Under the pieces are notes generated by a model. It was not told where the DNA came from. It ran no database searches and worked only from the letters and a program-made list of their open reading frames with translations. From Trichoplax adhaerens (taxonomy: Eukaryota > Animalia > Placozoa), in NCBI RefSeq assembly GCF_000150275.1, contig NW_002060959.1, positions 680,371 through 744,370 on the forward strand: a stretch of 64,000 nucleotides of DNA, written 5' to 3'. A program made the translations under genes and the position numbers. Every line of letters begins with the position of its first letter. Within the stretch, counting starts at the first letter, position 1. Shown piece after piece: positions 12,410 through 25,355 of the stretch.

Positions 12410-15400
12410 CTAATGTCGAACATTAAAAAGACGACGCTTTTGACGTCTTTTTTTAACACTTTGTTTATCGATATCTTGATTTCTTTTGCCATATTCTTTC
12501 TCATACATTTGTAACTCTGCAGAATACCAACTTGGTGGCCATCTTTCTTCCTCAATCTTTTTTTGAGTTAAGTAATCGATTGATTCGCGGAAAAATTTGC
12601 TATGCTGTCTCTGTATCTCCAAGTAATTATTGCTTATATAGGCTACACAACATGCGTGTAAATTGAAGGCATTATGCATTTCCGCAATACGTAGTAAATG
12701 AATCACGTTTTTGTTTACAGCCCAATTTCTTAAGTCATAATCGTTATCGATTTCTCTCAGCTCTTCGGCCATAAAACTCTCGCATATACTAACCAACCTT
12801 GACAGACAGAACTGATTAGCTAATACCAACACTTCCAGGGCAAAGTCAGATTTCAGCTCACATTCATCAGTGTATAAATATTCAAGAAAAGATAAAAGAG
12901 TATCTTTGCATATTCCAGGTAGTTTAGCCTGAAAGACACAAACAATATTGACATATCAATTAGTTGCGAATCGTCAGTTCAAAACGAGTCAATGTACTTC
13001 CATGCAATCCATGAAGTATAGATCGCAGTGGTATTATAGTATACACTTATATTACTACAGTCTATTCAGTAATTTATGGTTAGTCTAGATTATATGACAA
13101 TTTATTACTTGCCCTAATTTTATGCTATTATAGCCTATACTATGGCTTCATATCGCATAAAAAATCTTAACAATACAACATTATAATTCAACTTACATGT
13201 TGTTCACCACTTTCCAAGAAACTGCCACTGAACATTGCTGCAAGAACGTCGCAACGACAAGTCACAAGAACCCTATTAACTGGAATAATGGTATCGCCTG
13301 CTTCAAACGTAGCATCAGGTGCAATGCTGGCTTGAAAATGATCAGAAGTGTATAACATTTTCATTCTAGCGATAAATTTCTGCCTAGCATCATCTGTGAT
13401 AACTGCATTTTTGTAGGGTTTCCCATCAGCGAGGTTAGCTAAGATTACTTGCAATCCATCTAAAGAAAGAATGTCAGCTGCTATATGCAGCTCAATAAGT
13501 AAATCTCTTTCAAGATTTTTCTCAAGCTGACATGAATACAGATATTCTAACATCTTCCAAAATGCCCTTAATGTGATTCGTTGATCCACTGTAAATACAA
13601 TATGATCAGCAGATAAATTTTTGCGGATATAGGAATTTTGCTGACAATTTTTTTTGTAATATAAGAACTTTAAGCCGGTTATTGTATTTTCAAGGCTAAT
13701 TTGATCACTATCCGTTCGATTGTATTTATTGATGATACCGACAGCTTTGACCAAATCATGAAATCTGGGCCATGCAGCACACAGAATAATGTTATGGGCA
13801 TAAATTACTGTTCCCCTGACAATAAATTGAATATCAGCATAGTCAGGATTGCCAACGGTTGATTTTATATCGGACCAATACGTCGATGTTTCGGCAGAGA
13901 CATTGGGTAAAGAACGCTTGGGTAGTAAATAAGGTTTTTGGGCTTGTGGTTTTAGGACTTGTCGCAGTTGAGAATTCCAAAATCTTAACTTTCGGCGTTG
14001 TACCAGGGCCATTCGAACAGCATTCTCAAATAACTGATTTACCCCATAATTATTGATCATGCTGGTTTCATAATAGCCAGCAGCATCGATTTCCTTTGCT
14101 AATTGGCGTCCATCCTCTGGTAATAAGAGTTCATCGGCATTGAGTGAGTTGGAGAAGTGGCCTCTTATACCAATCTTTTTTAGCTATCGAGTGGATAAAA
14201 CAACATAGTTACATAGCTATAACGGATTGATAGATTATTGACTGTGTACAATATATTGCATAATCGCTGGCATTAATAATTTTTATAATAGTCTATCCAT
14301 GATAATTACTGTAAATAACATGGTGTACAAGACTATGCGTTGACTCATGCAATCCAAGGTAGGCTCAAGTCGAAAAGTCCTTGTTATTAGCTGATTATCC
14401 ATTATTGTGGATGATCAGATAAAATTAGATAGTATGCTGTACTGGAGTACAGTAGATGCGTTCAATAACTGTAAGGCGTCATGATTTATTTAATTTATTG
14501 ACTAAACAGTAATTCACGTCAATATTGTATGTTGAGTTGGAGGCGTACAATTAGGAATAATGGAGTATTCACAGTCCCATAATATCATGACTGTAAGATT
14601 ACTATTACTGAAGCTAAAAATGGAAATCATTACGTGGTAGTAATTCATTTTTAAATTCTGATGTTGCAGTAATGCCGTATGTAGTCGGTTGTTGTTTTTT
14701 GAGGGGAGAGGAGTGGTGGGGGAATAAGTGGAAAAGATTCTTTCAAATAGACTGCAGCAGTTGCTACCTGGCTTGCGAGTTACTTTGTAGCTATGATTAC
14801 GATCAAGTGCCGGGCGCTCTCCAATTCAAAATAAAAAATGTTGTATAAAATTGTCAATATCGAGCAAACTAGAGGCCGTCGCTCTTTGGCTATTACAAGA
14901 AGAAATTTTTGCCATATTTTTAGACCCTCCAAGTTGGAAACAGTAATGTTGTGAATAATTGATAGTACAAACAGTAGCACCATCCTCTATTAGCAGTAAC
15001 CTTCTATTGTACTGTAGTATTGAACACTGGTGGAATAGATTGCCAATTTCGATCGAATCAAAGTCGGAAGTCGGCATTTTGAATTAAAGTTTTACGGAAT
15101 GACGCTAAGAATAAAAAACAAAAAGGCATATCATCATCCTACAAACTACCCACTAAGCAGATCTATATGGCAATAGTAGTGATTGTGCCTGGTACGATGG
15201 CACCATCTATCTTGACTTATTTGGATAGTGTTCCCTGCAGAGTAGAGTATTCATCGTTCACGCCTCCAATATCTTCATAATCCCGATTAAGCTCCACTGG
15301 TCAGCACACAGGGATAGGATGAAATTGAACGCATAGCTAAGATCGACGGAGACTACAATCGTCGAGAACTGACTAAAATGGGCATCTAAGCGTAGAGACA

Positions 15401-16190
15401 GTATTGATCTATTATTATTAATAGTTTCATTTTATGCGGATCAAGAACTTACGGCCTAACTTGAAAGAATTATACTAACTAGTTCATGGTCTAGCCCTGG
15501 GTAGGGTATATAGAACAGTTGATAGAGTAGTGGATAGCAATTGGTCAGTTTATATCTTAATGCTGATCTATTTATCCTCATATAAAATTTCGATTCAGCG
15601 TTGCGATGATAGACAAGCAACGGCGATACCTTGTTGGCAGTAGGGTAATGAATTCATTTTCTACATCAACAATCACGCTGACATTAATAGTCATATCTCA
15701 TTTTTACTAGTGTATTATTGACGTTCAATTCATTGATTGATTTCCAAACCTCGTCTTGTTCGGCATAACGTAAATCAACTTGTGTCGCATTGAGTACTAG
15801 CGGTACATTCGGGCAATATTTGCGAATTTCTGGTTTCCATTTGTTACGACAGTTGTCGTAAGATTGGCGACTATGTGTTGAGTAGCACAAGATAACGGCG
15901 TTGGCATTCTCATAAGCATAACGTCTGTCCTTGTCATGATCACCGAAAGTATCCCAGATTAACAATTTAACGGCGACACCGTCCACCATACAGTTGCTAC
16001 GCTCTTGGACAATCCTGTTATTTCGGTATTCATCGATAGCGAAAACAGTTGGAACATGTCTGGCAGCCAATTGCTTCTTACTATAAGTGTGGCCGTAAGC
16101 GCGAGCACAGACCAATCTGGATTTTCCTGTGCCGGCATCGCCAACCACAACGCATTTGACTGATTCCTGGTCATGCCGATTGACTTCCAT
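12410..16190 (-). CDS. RHOBTB: Rho-related BTB domain protein (RhoBTB1/2 type), 3 exons, about 648 aa
   Basis: Exons 16190-15750, 14183-13197 and 12928-12410 join in phase 0. GTPase domain KCVVVGDAGTGKSRLVCARA...HVPTVFAIDEYR...WDTFGDHDKDRRYAY, proline-rich linker (KPQAQKPYLLPKRSLP), split BTB1, BTB2 (CRCDVLAAMFSGSFLES; FLEYLYTDEC) and C-terminal ERWPPSWY motif. Confidence 0.95.
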
Positions 16191-17214
16191 GTCGAATTAA
16201 AGCAAGCTTCAGTAGGAGTATTTGCCGACTGTTCTAGTGACAGTAGAGTTGAAGTATCTACGTAGGGTAGCAGCAAGATAGTGATTAGAATCTTTCATTT
16301 AATGGCCACTGTGTAGCAGCCACAAGATACAGTACAACAATTAAAGTATTAGTATGCATCAAGACGATCTCAACATTGAATGCGTCGGTTTTATCAGAAT
16401 TAATTGATAATGATATTTGATCCTTTCAAGATGGCGACGTTGAACAAAAGCTTTGCGATAACTCTCAAACAGGGCATGATGATGATAATTATAATTGAAT
16501 GGAAGGAAATGTGCGATTAACAGCTACGATGGAAAATGGGGATTTTCCTGTACTATGACGAAATCTACAGTGTGAATAAACTCTGCAACTGCTTTGATGA
16601 TGGAAGAAGATACAGTAGAAGACAATGTTTATTGAGCGTATTGAAGAGAGGGATACACAACAACGCGTAAGTAGTTTGGCATCATTTGTCAAGCTTCCCA
16701 ATACAATCCACTCTATTGGAGACAGATGTAGTCGTCAATAATGAGGTTGCAATCCTATCCACTTTGGATGGTTCACGAAAGTAAACTATTTACGCTTAGA
16801 GTACACACTTCTTGACAATATAATTTGTCACACTCGACTGTCATCGGTATTCTGTAGATCGTGTATTTACTTTAAATCGCGATGTAAAGTTTTCAACAGG
16901 AAAACGATTGTATTTAGTCATGACTCGTCAATCCAATTGATCTCTGCCTACAAGCAATTGGCACTGGCACGATGAGTGTTGTATTACAAGAACGAAACAA
17001 ATGTGAATTGACAGCATGGCTTAACATGAAACTGAATTAGTCCACAGTCATGGCTCATTGGCAAATGTTGAACTGTGATTCTACACAAATTGACTGATGG
17101 CGCTCGGTTGTAGTCTATCATGTAGCTTGGTATCATGTTGACAAGCTGTAGAATGCATGAAAAGTATCTTTACAACTTGGTTTTTAGCCTTCAACTACTG
17201 GTCGACACATCTTA

Positions 17215-17950
17215 TACTGTAGCACTGTCGAAAAAGTCGATGCTAAAAAATGGTGGGCTTTTGATCCATTCGCCCAATATCAACAAGACTTACCTTCCAA
17301 GTGGAGGCGATTGAATCAACCTAGAATCGACGAGTGTACTTTAGCACTGTCGATCCAGTCGATGCTAAGAAATGTTAGACTTTCGATCTATTGATCAACA
17401 TGACTTACTGTACTGTACAAGTGGAGGCGATTGAATCAACTAAGAATCTACGAGTATATTGTGGCACTGTCGATCAAGTCGATGCTAAGAAATGGTGGGC
17501 TTTTGATCCATTTGCCCAATATCAACATGACTTACCTTACAAGCGGAGGCGATTGAATCAACTAAGAATCTACGAGTATATTGTGGTACAGTCGATCAAG
17601 TCGATGCTAAGAAATGGTGTGGGCTTATGATCCATTCGCCCAATATCAACACGACTTACTGTACTGTATAAGTGGAGGCGATAGAATCAACTAAGAATGT
17701 ACGAGTATACTGTAGCACTGTCGATGGATAAATTCGATGGTAAGAAATGATGGGCTTTTAATTTATTCCCCCAATATCAACATGACTTACTGTACTGTAT
17801 AAATGGAGGCGATTGAATCAACCAAGAATCTACGAGTATACAGTACTGTAGCACTGTCGATTGATAAAGTCGATGGTAAGAAATGGTGGGCTTTTGATTC
17901 ATTCCCCAAATATCAACATGACTTACAAGTGAAGGCGATTAAATCAACGA
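17215..17950. repeat. Minisatellite, six copies of a 120-136 bp unit
   Basis: Recurrent 'gcactgtcga...tcgatgctaagaaatggtgggcttttgatccatt.gcccaatatcaacatgacttac...gtggaggcgattgaatcaac' anchored at about 17236, 17358, 17478, 17600, 17733 and 17869. Confidence 0.92.
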
Positions 17951-18750
17951 AGATGGACAAACGGCCGAGAAGGAAGCGGTAGCAATTGGACTCTACCCCA
18001 TAGACAGCAGACTGGAAAGGCTTGGCTGGTTGGTTCTATCAAAGCGATCCAACAAAGTGACTAAGGTTACTCAATCAAAAGTGATTTTCAATTAGCCTTG
18101 GTTAAGGCGCTGAATGACGACAGCAATAAAACTTGACGCTGACGATATGATTATTGACAATAATGATCGGTAATTCTTTGAATCACTGGGTTTATTTTTT
18201 CATCTTCAATCAACAACAGCTCATTGGAGCCTTTTCCAACTCGATTCCAATGTTAGCAACGTCTTTTCTTGCTGGTCAATGGCATCCAAGTCTTGCTTGG
18301 ACGATAGAAGCAATTGTCACGTACAACTCTCTCTTCTACTTGGCTAATGATCACCCACTGTCTCTTTGCAGTAGGACTATTATCGATTGACTGCAAAGGA
18401 ATGGGAAAAAAAAAAATTTTGTCAACAATAACTAGGTCAAAAATGACAAGCTGCAGTCTTGCTTATCTATTTTCCTACATGATGATGTTTGTTTATTTAC
18501 TTTGAGATCAATGGATGGGATGTCCGCTGTCCGTCTGACGACTGCCTGGACAAAGGTGCATCCAGTGGTCGGGAAGTCATACTATTACTGTGGTGGTCAC
18601 CCACTGTATGCGCATGTAGGCTAGTATCCAGTGGATACTATGGCGATTGTTGCGTAACCACAGGATGTCCACTCTCTCACTCCGCCTGCACTATATTGGA
18701 CTGGATAAATGAGCGTGAAAAAGCAACAGACTACCGAGTACAAAGACATT

Positions 18751-18790
18751 GGTTGTTGTCGTTGTTGTTGTTGTTGTTGTTGTTGTTGTG
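18751..18790. repeat. (GTT)n microsatellite
   Basis: gttgttgtcgttgttgttgttgttgttgttgttgttg; produces the poly-L/V/Q tracts in overlapping ORFs. Confidence 0.95.
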
Positions 18791-18914
18791 CGAGGTCATC
18801 AGTCCACTCGTTGTCCAGCCTACAATGCAAGGACCTCATTTAAGTCTCATTCTTCGACACTAGACTGTATATCGCTGTGGCCTTGTGTTGAATCTGCAAG
18901 GAAACGCAGATGCT

Positions 18915-19345
18915 CTGTCGAGCAGTGTTTGTACGTCAAACTGCTGTATAATATTGTCCATCTCCAACCTGACTTACTGTAGAAGGCAAAGTGGTTGGAG
19001 TAAGAACTGTACAGTGCGTAGTGTCGAGCAGTGCTTCAACAGAAAGAGAGATCTCCAACCTGACTTAGAAGGCAAAGTGGTTGGAAATGGAATGGCGACT
19101 GGCTCAGTCTGCACCAGTAGCTTGAAGTAAGAACTGTACTGTGCGTAGTGTCGAGCAGTGCTTCAACAGAAAGAGAGAGAGAGTGATGCGAAAACTGCTC
19201 TACAGTATTTCGAGCTGTGTTTCAACAGAAAGAGAGCAATGGCAAACTGCTATACAGTACAATCTCCAAGCTGACGTTGAACCAGGGGGTTAAAGTGGTT
19301 GCAAATGGAATGGCGGACTCACTCCGACTGGCTCAGTCCAGCTTG
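18915..19345. repeat. Imperfect modular tandem repeat (about 105-130 bp, 3-4 copies)
   Basis: Shared blocks 'tgtcgagcagtg', 'ttcaacagaaagagag', 'atctccaacctgac', 'aaagtggttgg', 'gactggctcagtc' and 'agcttgaagtaa' recur at about 18916, 19022, 19149 and 19210. Confidence 0.85.
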
Positions 19346-19700
19346 AAGTAAAGTACTGTACTGTGCAGTACGTACAATGTACAGTACTCAATCGTGTACT
19401 GTACACTGTACAGTATACTGTGTCCAGTTTGCTTGTCTACTGTCACACTGTGCAGTACGTACAGTGTACAGTACTCAATCGTGTACTGTACACTGTACAC
19501 TGTGTCCAGTTTGCTGGTCTACAGTACTGTACTGTCACACTGTGCAGTACTGTACTGTACAGTACTGTACAGTACGTACTGTACAGTACTCAAGAGTTTA
19601 CTATGAACTGTGCACTGTACACTGTGTCCAGTTTGCTTGTCTACCGTACTGTACAGTACTGTACAGTACTGTACAGTACTCTCTACAGTACCGTACTGTA
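19346..19700. repeat. Long TACAG/CTGTA low-complexity array with an approximately 87-92 bp higher-order unit
   Basis: 'ctgtgcagtac' at 19361, 19448 and 19540; 'ctgtgtccagtttgct' three times; continuous gtactgtacagtac runs. Confidence 0.9.
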
Positions 19701-20673
19701 GACCATAAAGGTATTGAACGGTTTGAACCGGACCGAATCGAACCGAACTCAGGTCGAACTGTATGCCTTTGGAGTCATCGTCCTGTCACTGTATTCTACA
19801 ATGTAAAGTACTGTAAATACGGTACTGTAAGTAGTGAAAGGTTCAAGTTTGGACTCTTTTAAAGCCAACTGCCATTGGAATGCCTTCAGAAGCCATTTTA
19901 CCGCCTTGATAAATCATTTTTCTGCCTTGATAAATCATTTTACTGCCTTGATGTAACTCAGTTGTAAGCAGCAATTTCACCAGTAGGCTCACAGTACAGA
20001 TAGACTCAACAAGACACTTTTCCTATTATTGTATATCAGACTATATCCAAGTGTAAAAGGGGGAAATAAAAGGTATCTTACCATTCTCTACCGCTGTCGT
20101 ACTATCTTTCTATACGCTGGACTGGACTGGATCACTGACCGTGTACACTGTACTACCTATTGGCAATGCTGTAGTCTGCGGTCCGTACCGACGGATGTCC
20201 GTGCCGAGAACACCGTTAAATTCCATATTTTCAAAAAAAATAAAAACATCGACTGGATTACAAGGACTTGCAACGACTCTCCCAATTGCAGACTACTGTA
20301 CAGCTGCTTGTTCATCAAACGCCAAATCAACTTGTACTGCTATCTTGCCATCATTCCAATCCATTCACGTATTCTACACTTGTACTACTGCATAGCTTGA
20401 TTGGACTTGTCAACAGCGAATCAATCGCCAATGCATTGGATCATCATCCCATGAATTACTAGACAATCCGTCAAGTAGTATCATCGTGAAAATTGAAGGC
20501 AATCATTGAGGGATTAATTAACGTGAAATTGAATAGCAACAGAGTCTTGTTAAGATAGGATAAGTTGCAAACGTGTATCTTATCCTATTGCGTAGTCACT
20601 GTTTTCACCGACAAGGGCTAGTGGATCTATGACGTTATCATCACAACGTTACTTCGTCTTCCCATAATTAGAC

Positions 20674-23600
20674 ATGGATATAGTCAAGGAAACTGAAAAT
20701 CAACACACAATCCAGAAGGTAAATAGCATCAATGACGTTGTAAGATTGCCATACTGTAAGTTATCCTACACATCCATCGTTTTATTCATTGCAAGGTATA
20801 AAAATCCAAATTGGCAATAAAGAAAGTGATGACAAAGATTGATCGCCTACGTTAATTTATTATAATATTATGACTATCAGTCATCATCGTGTCCAACCAG
20901 AAATTAAATTGAACTTAGGCCAACTCTTTGTTCATCATCGGAATGTGCCTATCCTCATCCTTGTCGCGATCATGTAGGATAGGGCATCGTGTTAGCCTAG
21001 ACAAAAAGTAACATAGTGACGCATTAGCTCTTCAATTCTACTTCTACTGTATTAAATAAACTATCAACCTTTTTTTTAAAGTAAGGCAAATGAGTAGTTT
21101 TAGGCCAAGGTGGAAATTTTTGTTGATCAGTCCCTGGCCGTGTTCATTAATTAAAGACACCCTAGAAAACTTCTCTACGGTCTCTATAATTATTAATATT
21201 ATTACAATATTTAAAATGGTCCTAATTCAAAGACTATGTCAGTATTCGATAGCTCCATATTATATATTATTTCTTGAGAGTTTATATCCGTTATATCAAC
21301 CTGTAGCAAAACAATGTTGTTAGCAATACAGTACGTTGACTCTGTTAATACTGATAATCAATAAGACTTATTCGATATTGATAGCAAGCTGTCGCCTTAA
21401 GTACAGTACAGTATGCATTATTCCTTGCTGACAGGCATATTTTGCACTCATCATAACACGATCAAACGCCATTATGTTTATTGATCATGTTTCGATTTCT
21501 CGATTCTATTGCTATGAATATTTGATCATCCAATTTTGTCATGACAGGATACTCAATTCACTCCTCCCGTTCAATCTGCTACCCAAGAGAGTCCTCCACA
21601 TCAAGAGAAAGTTGAATCATTGGACGACGTGAAGACTGACGAAATACAGGCAAAATTATTCAACGCTAACGATGTTGAGGAAGACGATCACGATAGAAAC
21701 TCTCAATCCACTAAAATGGATACCAACCAAATCACTGAACAGCAATCAAAGGAGAAGCAAAGTGGTGAATATGTGCAAGACGGACGTTCACTAACCGATC
21801 AAATAGTCATGGAGCATGATAGGAAGCAGGATACTAACGATGACAACGACTTGATTCAATTTGATGACGATCATGAGAAAGATCCTGCTATGGTAGATGA
21901 ATCCAACATCAATTTAAAACATCAAGAACTCGTACATCCAATTTCACACCATTCAAATCCCATGGCGAATGCAACTCTTGAAGATGAACAAGGTGCAACT
22001 TCTCCAACGTCCGCCTACCTTCAAGATGAAACCAAGCCAAAACATGAAACTGATCGACATGATGAAGAGTTGCCAATGAAAATTGACACCACTGACGACC
22101 AAGAGGACAACAACATTAATCCATTGAATAGCAACTCCCGTGATGATCCTCTTTCGGGTTTGTTTTGAAGTTAAATTATTTTTATACTGCGTATAAATCA
22201 TCTAGCGTAAACATCAATGTAACAGATAGCACTTTGAAGTGTTTAAATCACCGTAATCCTGTACGTATTTTTGAACTACTTTCTTCAACAACGTCTATCT
22301 CTCAATTCTATTTCAACATCGATCTTTCAAATTTCTATTTAGACTCTGCCGTCACCAATCCTCCTTCGACCACAGAGGATGCTAAGTACGAGAGTAGCGA
22401 TGCCCTAAAAGTGGATGATTTAGTCTCTAAATATCTTGGCAGAAACTTTGAACTCATTAAACTAGAAAGTAATCAGTCTTCCCTTAACAATGAATTAAAT
22501 CATCCAGACAATAATTTACACCCTAGCAACTTCAAGGAATTAAGTCCTGGCACCTATAAATTAATATCGCAAATTAATCAGCTATTGGACCAGAACAACA
22601 AAATCCAATTAAATATAGGTGATGAAAGTTTACAATTTTCAACTGCGGAGGCTATAAGGCCGGATGGCCAACGTACAAGTAGGCCTATGCAGGGAGAATA
22701 TGCCGATCTGCTATATCAATTAGAATCTGATCGTAAAAGATTAGATACCTCCAAGGATAAAAACTCGCTATCGAAAGAATCCAATGTAGATTTTATGTCT
22801 AGTAGAGTTGCGCAAGATGATCAAGGCGATAAAGAATCCTCTGATAAGGCAATAGAAGTCGACGCTCAATCAAAGCTCTCGTCGTCATTCAATAAAACTG
22901 TTGAAAGCTCTATACTTTTCAAGCCAAATTCACCTTTAGATATACTCTCGTCTTTACATTCACATGATCTGTCATCGAAAGTGACAGCTGCCAATAGTAG
23001 ATCGTTTGGTAGAAATGACTTTAATCATACAGACGACAACTCTACAGAAAATAAATCTCGCAAGAGAGATTGGACCAATTTAGAAAAAAACGTATTCAAC
23101 GAAAATTTAACCGTAGAAAATTCATCTGCAGATGTACAAAATGCAAATAAAAAGGAAAGTAAATCAAGTTATTTGCATTCATCTTTAATACCACAGGAGC
23201 GAAATAGGCTCAGTGACGAAGAAGATACTGATCTAATTAAGCCTCTGAGAAATAATTGGATCAACAGCAAGCATCAAAATCCCATGCACCGACCATCTGG
23301 AGAATCCAGTACAAAATATACAGGATCACCGTTAAAGACTTGGCGTAACGAATTTGAAGATCTTAGTAGTTCTGATGATGATGACTATAAAATATCAAAT
23401 TTGCCAAATTCTGATAGTTTACCCCTGTCAAATGTTGCTGATATCATTGCAAAGTATATTCGTCCCCTAAATCCAATCTATAATGTAAGCATATCTACAG
23501 AAAGTAGCCGATCATCTCAAGTAAGATCACCTCTGCTTGATAAATCCAACAAACTTCATAACCGATATATGTTGAATTCGGAAAGTGACTCTGAAACTTC

Positions 23601-25355
23601 TGACGGAATTGCAACTTATCGTCAAGCATATGCGGAAAATTTAAGTCGTTACTGGTCAGAGTACAAAGACTCCCGTCTACATACGGAAGAAATTTCTGAA
23701 CCAGCTCAAACTTTAAAGAATTCACAACGCTATTTAACCGATTTCGATGAAATTATCAGTAATCCAACCAAACATATATTAAGTTCGTTAATAGATAATA
23801 ATACGCAAAGTAATGGAATGCCAAAAGACTCGCGAAAATATAAAAGGAATGTTACTGGCAAGCATCATCGACGACATGATCAGCAATCTGGAACAGACGC
23901 AAATATAATAAAGGGAAGACGCTTCGTGAACATAAAGATAAATGCTAATGAAAGTAATAAAATAGATTATCCACAAATTCTTGAAATATCAGACAGTACA
24001 ACGAACAACGAAACGTTGGATGAAAACAATGAAACAAGATCAAGTTCGGATTTAGATATAGTGTCTGATATTGAAAAGATAGTCCAAAAATATTCCTCAG
24101 GCAATTACCCAATTGTCAATAATCGAATTCGTTCTGAATACTTTAGCAATAGCAACGATAAATCAGTACAATACCATCAAAATTCCAAAATGTCGAAAAA
24201 TCAATCAAGTCGCAATAAAATAATGAAAGATCCTACCAATCAGTTGCGCTCTGACGTTGGTAATGACACTCGTACAACTCATGGCTGGCTTGCCAATTAT
24301 TACAACACTCAAAATGAGGAGGATAAGTTATCTCATAAGCACTCCATTCAGAAGAAGCAATTAAATAATTCTGCCAAGGCAGTTGATACTAAAGTAAATA
24401 AAAGTATTCAGACAACACTAATTGATGCTATGGGTAGTAAATTAGACCATCAGTCTAACGCGAGACCATCAGATCAAGATAAGAAACAAATGCAGAAATC
24501 GAATGAATCATGGTTTATATCATTGGACGATAATAAACCTGGAAAAAATTGGAAACATTTACCAAATGAAAAAACACCGGACTATGTATCAACAAGTCAT
24601 GAAGAGCCATTGGTAGCTAATGTCTCGGCCAATAATTTAAAACCTAGTTACGCCAAATCAAGATTATTACCTCCAAAATCACTAGCTAGACTAACGCTGC
24701 AGGAAGCTTTTCAATTTTGCAAAGCCGATTTCATTGTAAGATCGAAAGTTCGACTAAAGAATGCTGAGGTTGCCGCTAAGCAACGTAGAGAAAAGGAAGA
24801 ACTGTTGTTGAGGAAGCAACGGACGCACATGCAAGAAAAAGCGAAACCTACCGCTAAAGAGAACTTGGGTAATATTAAATCTTGGCTATTAAACATTATA
24901 CACTCTTGCTTTAGTTCTAAAATAAAAGTATTCATTTTGAAGTAGATGATTTCTTACCCCGAAAGAGATATTTCACTAAAAAGGAAATGTACGAACAGAC
25001 TAGAAGGTAAATTACTTAGCCTTACATGTCAATACAAATAACTGTGTTGCAAAATCGTCGGTACTTTCTACTAGTATTCAAAATGTTAAATTTATTTTCA
25101 ATCAAATTTGTTAGATTATACAAAGAACTCCCTGAAGTAAAATTAAAAGAAAAGCAAAAAAAGATCGATGAGAAGAAAAAGGAGAATCGAATTCGACTTG
25201 CATTATATAAGAAGGTATGTTGTTATTTGCAACTACTATCATAAATACTATAGCAAAGTTGGATTACTAATGACGGTTTTACTTCATTTTAAATTTTACA
25301 GAAAATTACGAGTCGATTACACAACAGAATTCTAGCGATACATGATGTCGTTTAG
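20674..25355 (+). CDS. ALMS-motif centrosomal/basal-body protein (ALMS1/C10orf90-like), 6 exons
   Basis: Phase-compatible exons 20674-20718, 21548-22157, 22343-24868, 24946-25006, 25115-25214 and 25302-25355. A long S/N/D-rich low-complexity body precedes an ALMS motif: LTLQEAFQFCKADFIVRSKVRLK...RYFTKKEMYEQTRRLYKELPEVKLKEKQKKIDEKKKENRIRLALYKKKITSRL. The upstream SWF...W segment resembles ALMS1/C10orf90 more than CEP295. Exon 1 is the least certain. Confidence 0.85.

Noticed and set aside
15959-16276. 105-aa ORF overlapping the RhoBTB start in another frame (possible uORF)
   Set aside because: Starts at TTG rather than ATG and is a shadow frame of a real exon.
17215-17950. CRISPR-like appearance of regularly spaced repeats
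   Set aside because: Whole units are homologous with no unique spacers, there are no cas genes, and the context is eukaryotic.
18154-20462. Cluster of overlapping ORFs (poly-Q/L/V and YCTV-rich peptides)
   Set aside because: They arise from stop-poor simple repeats open in several frames at once and show no domain signal.
21953-24935. Antisense ORFs within the ALMS-like exons
   Set aside because: Short shadow ORFs of long coding exons.
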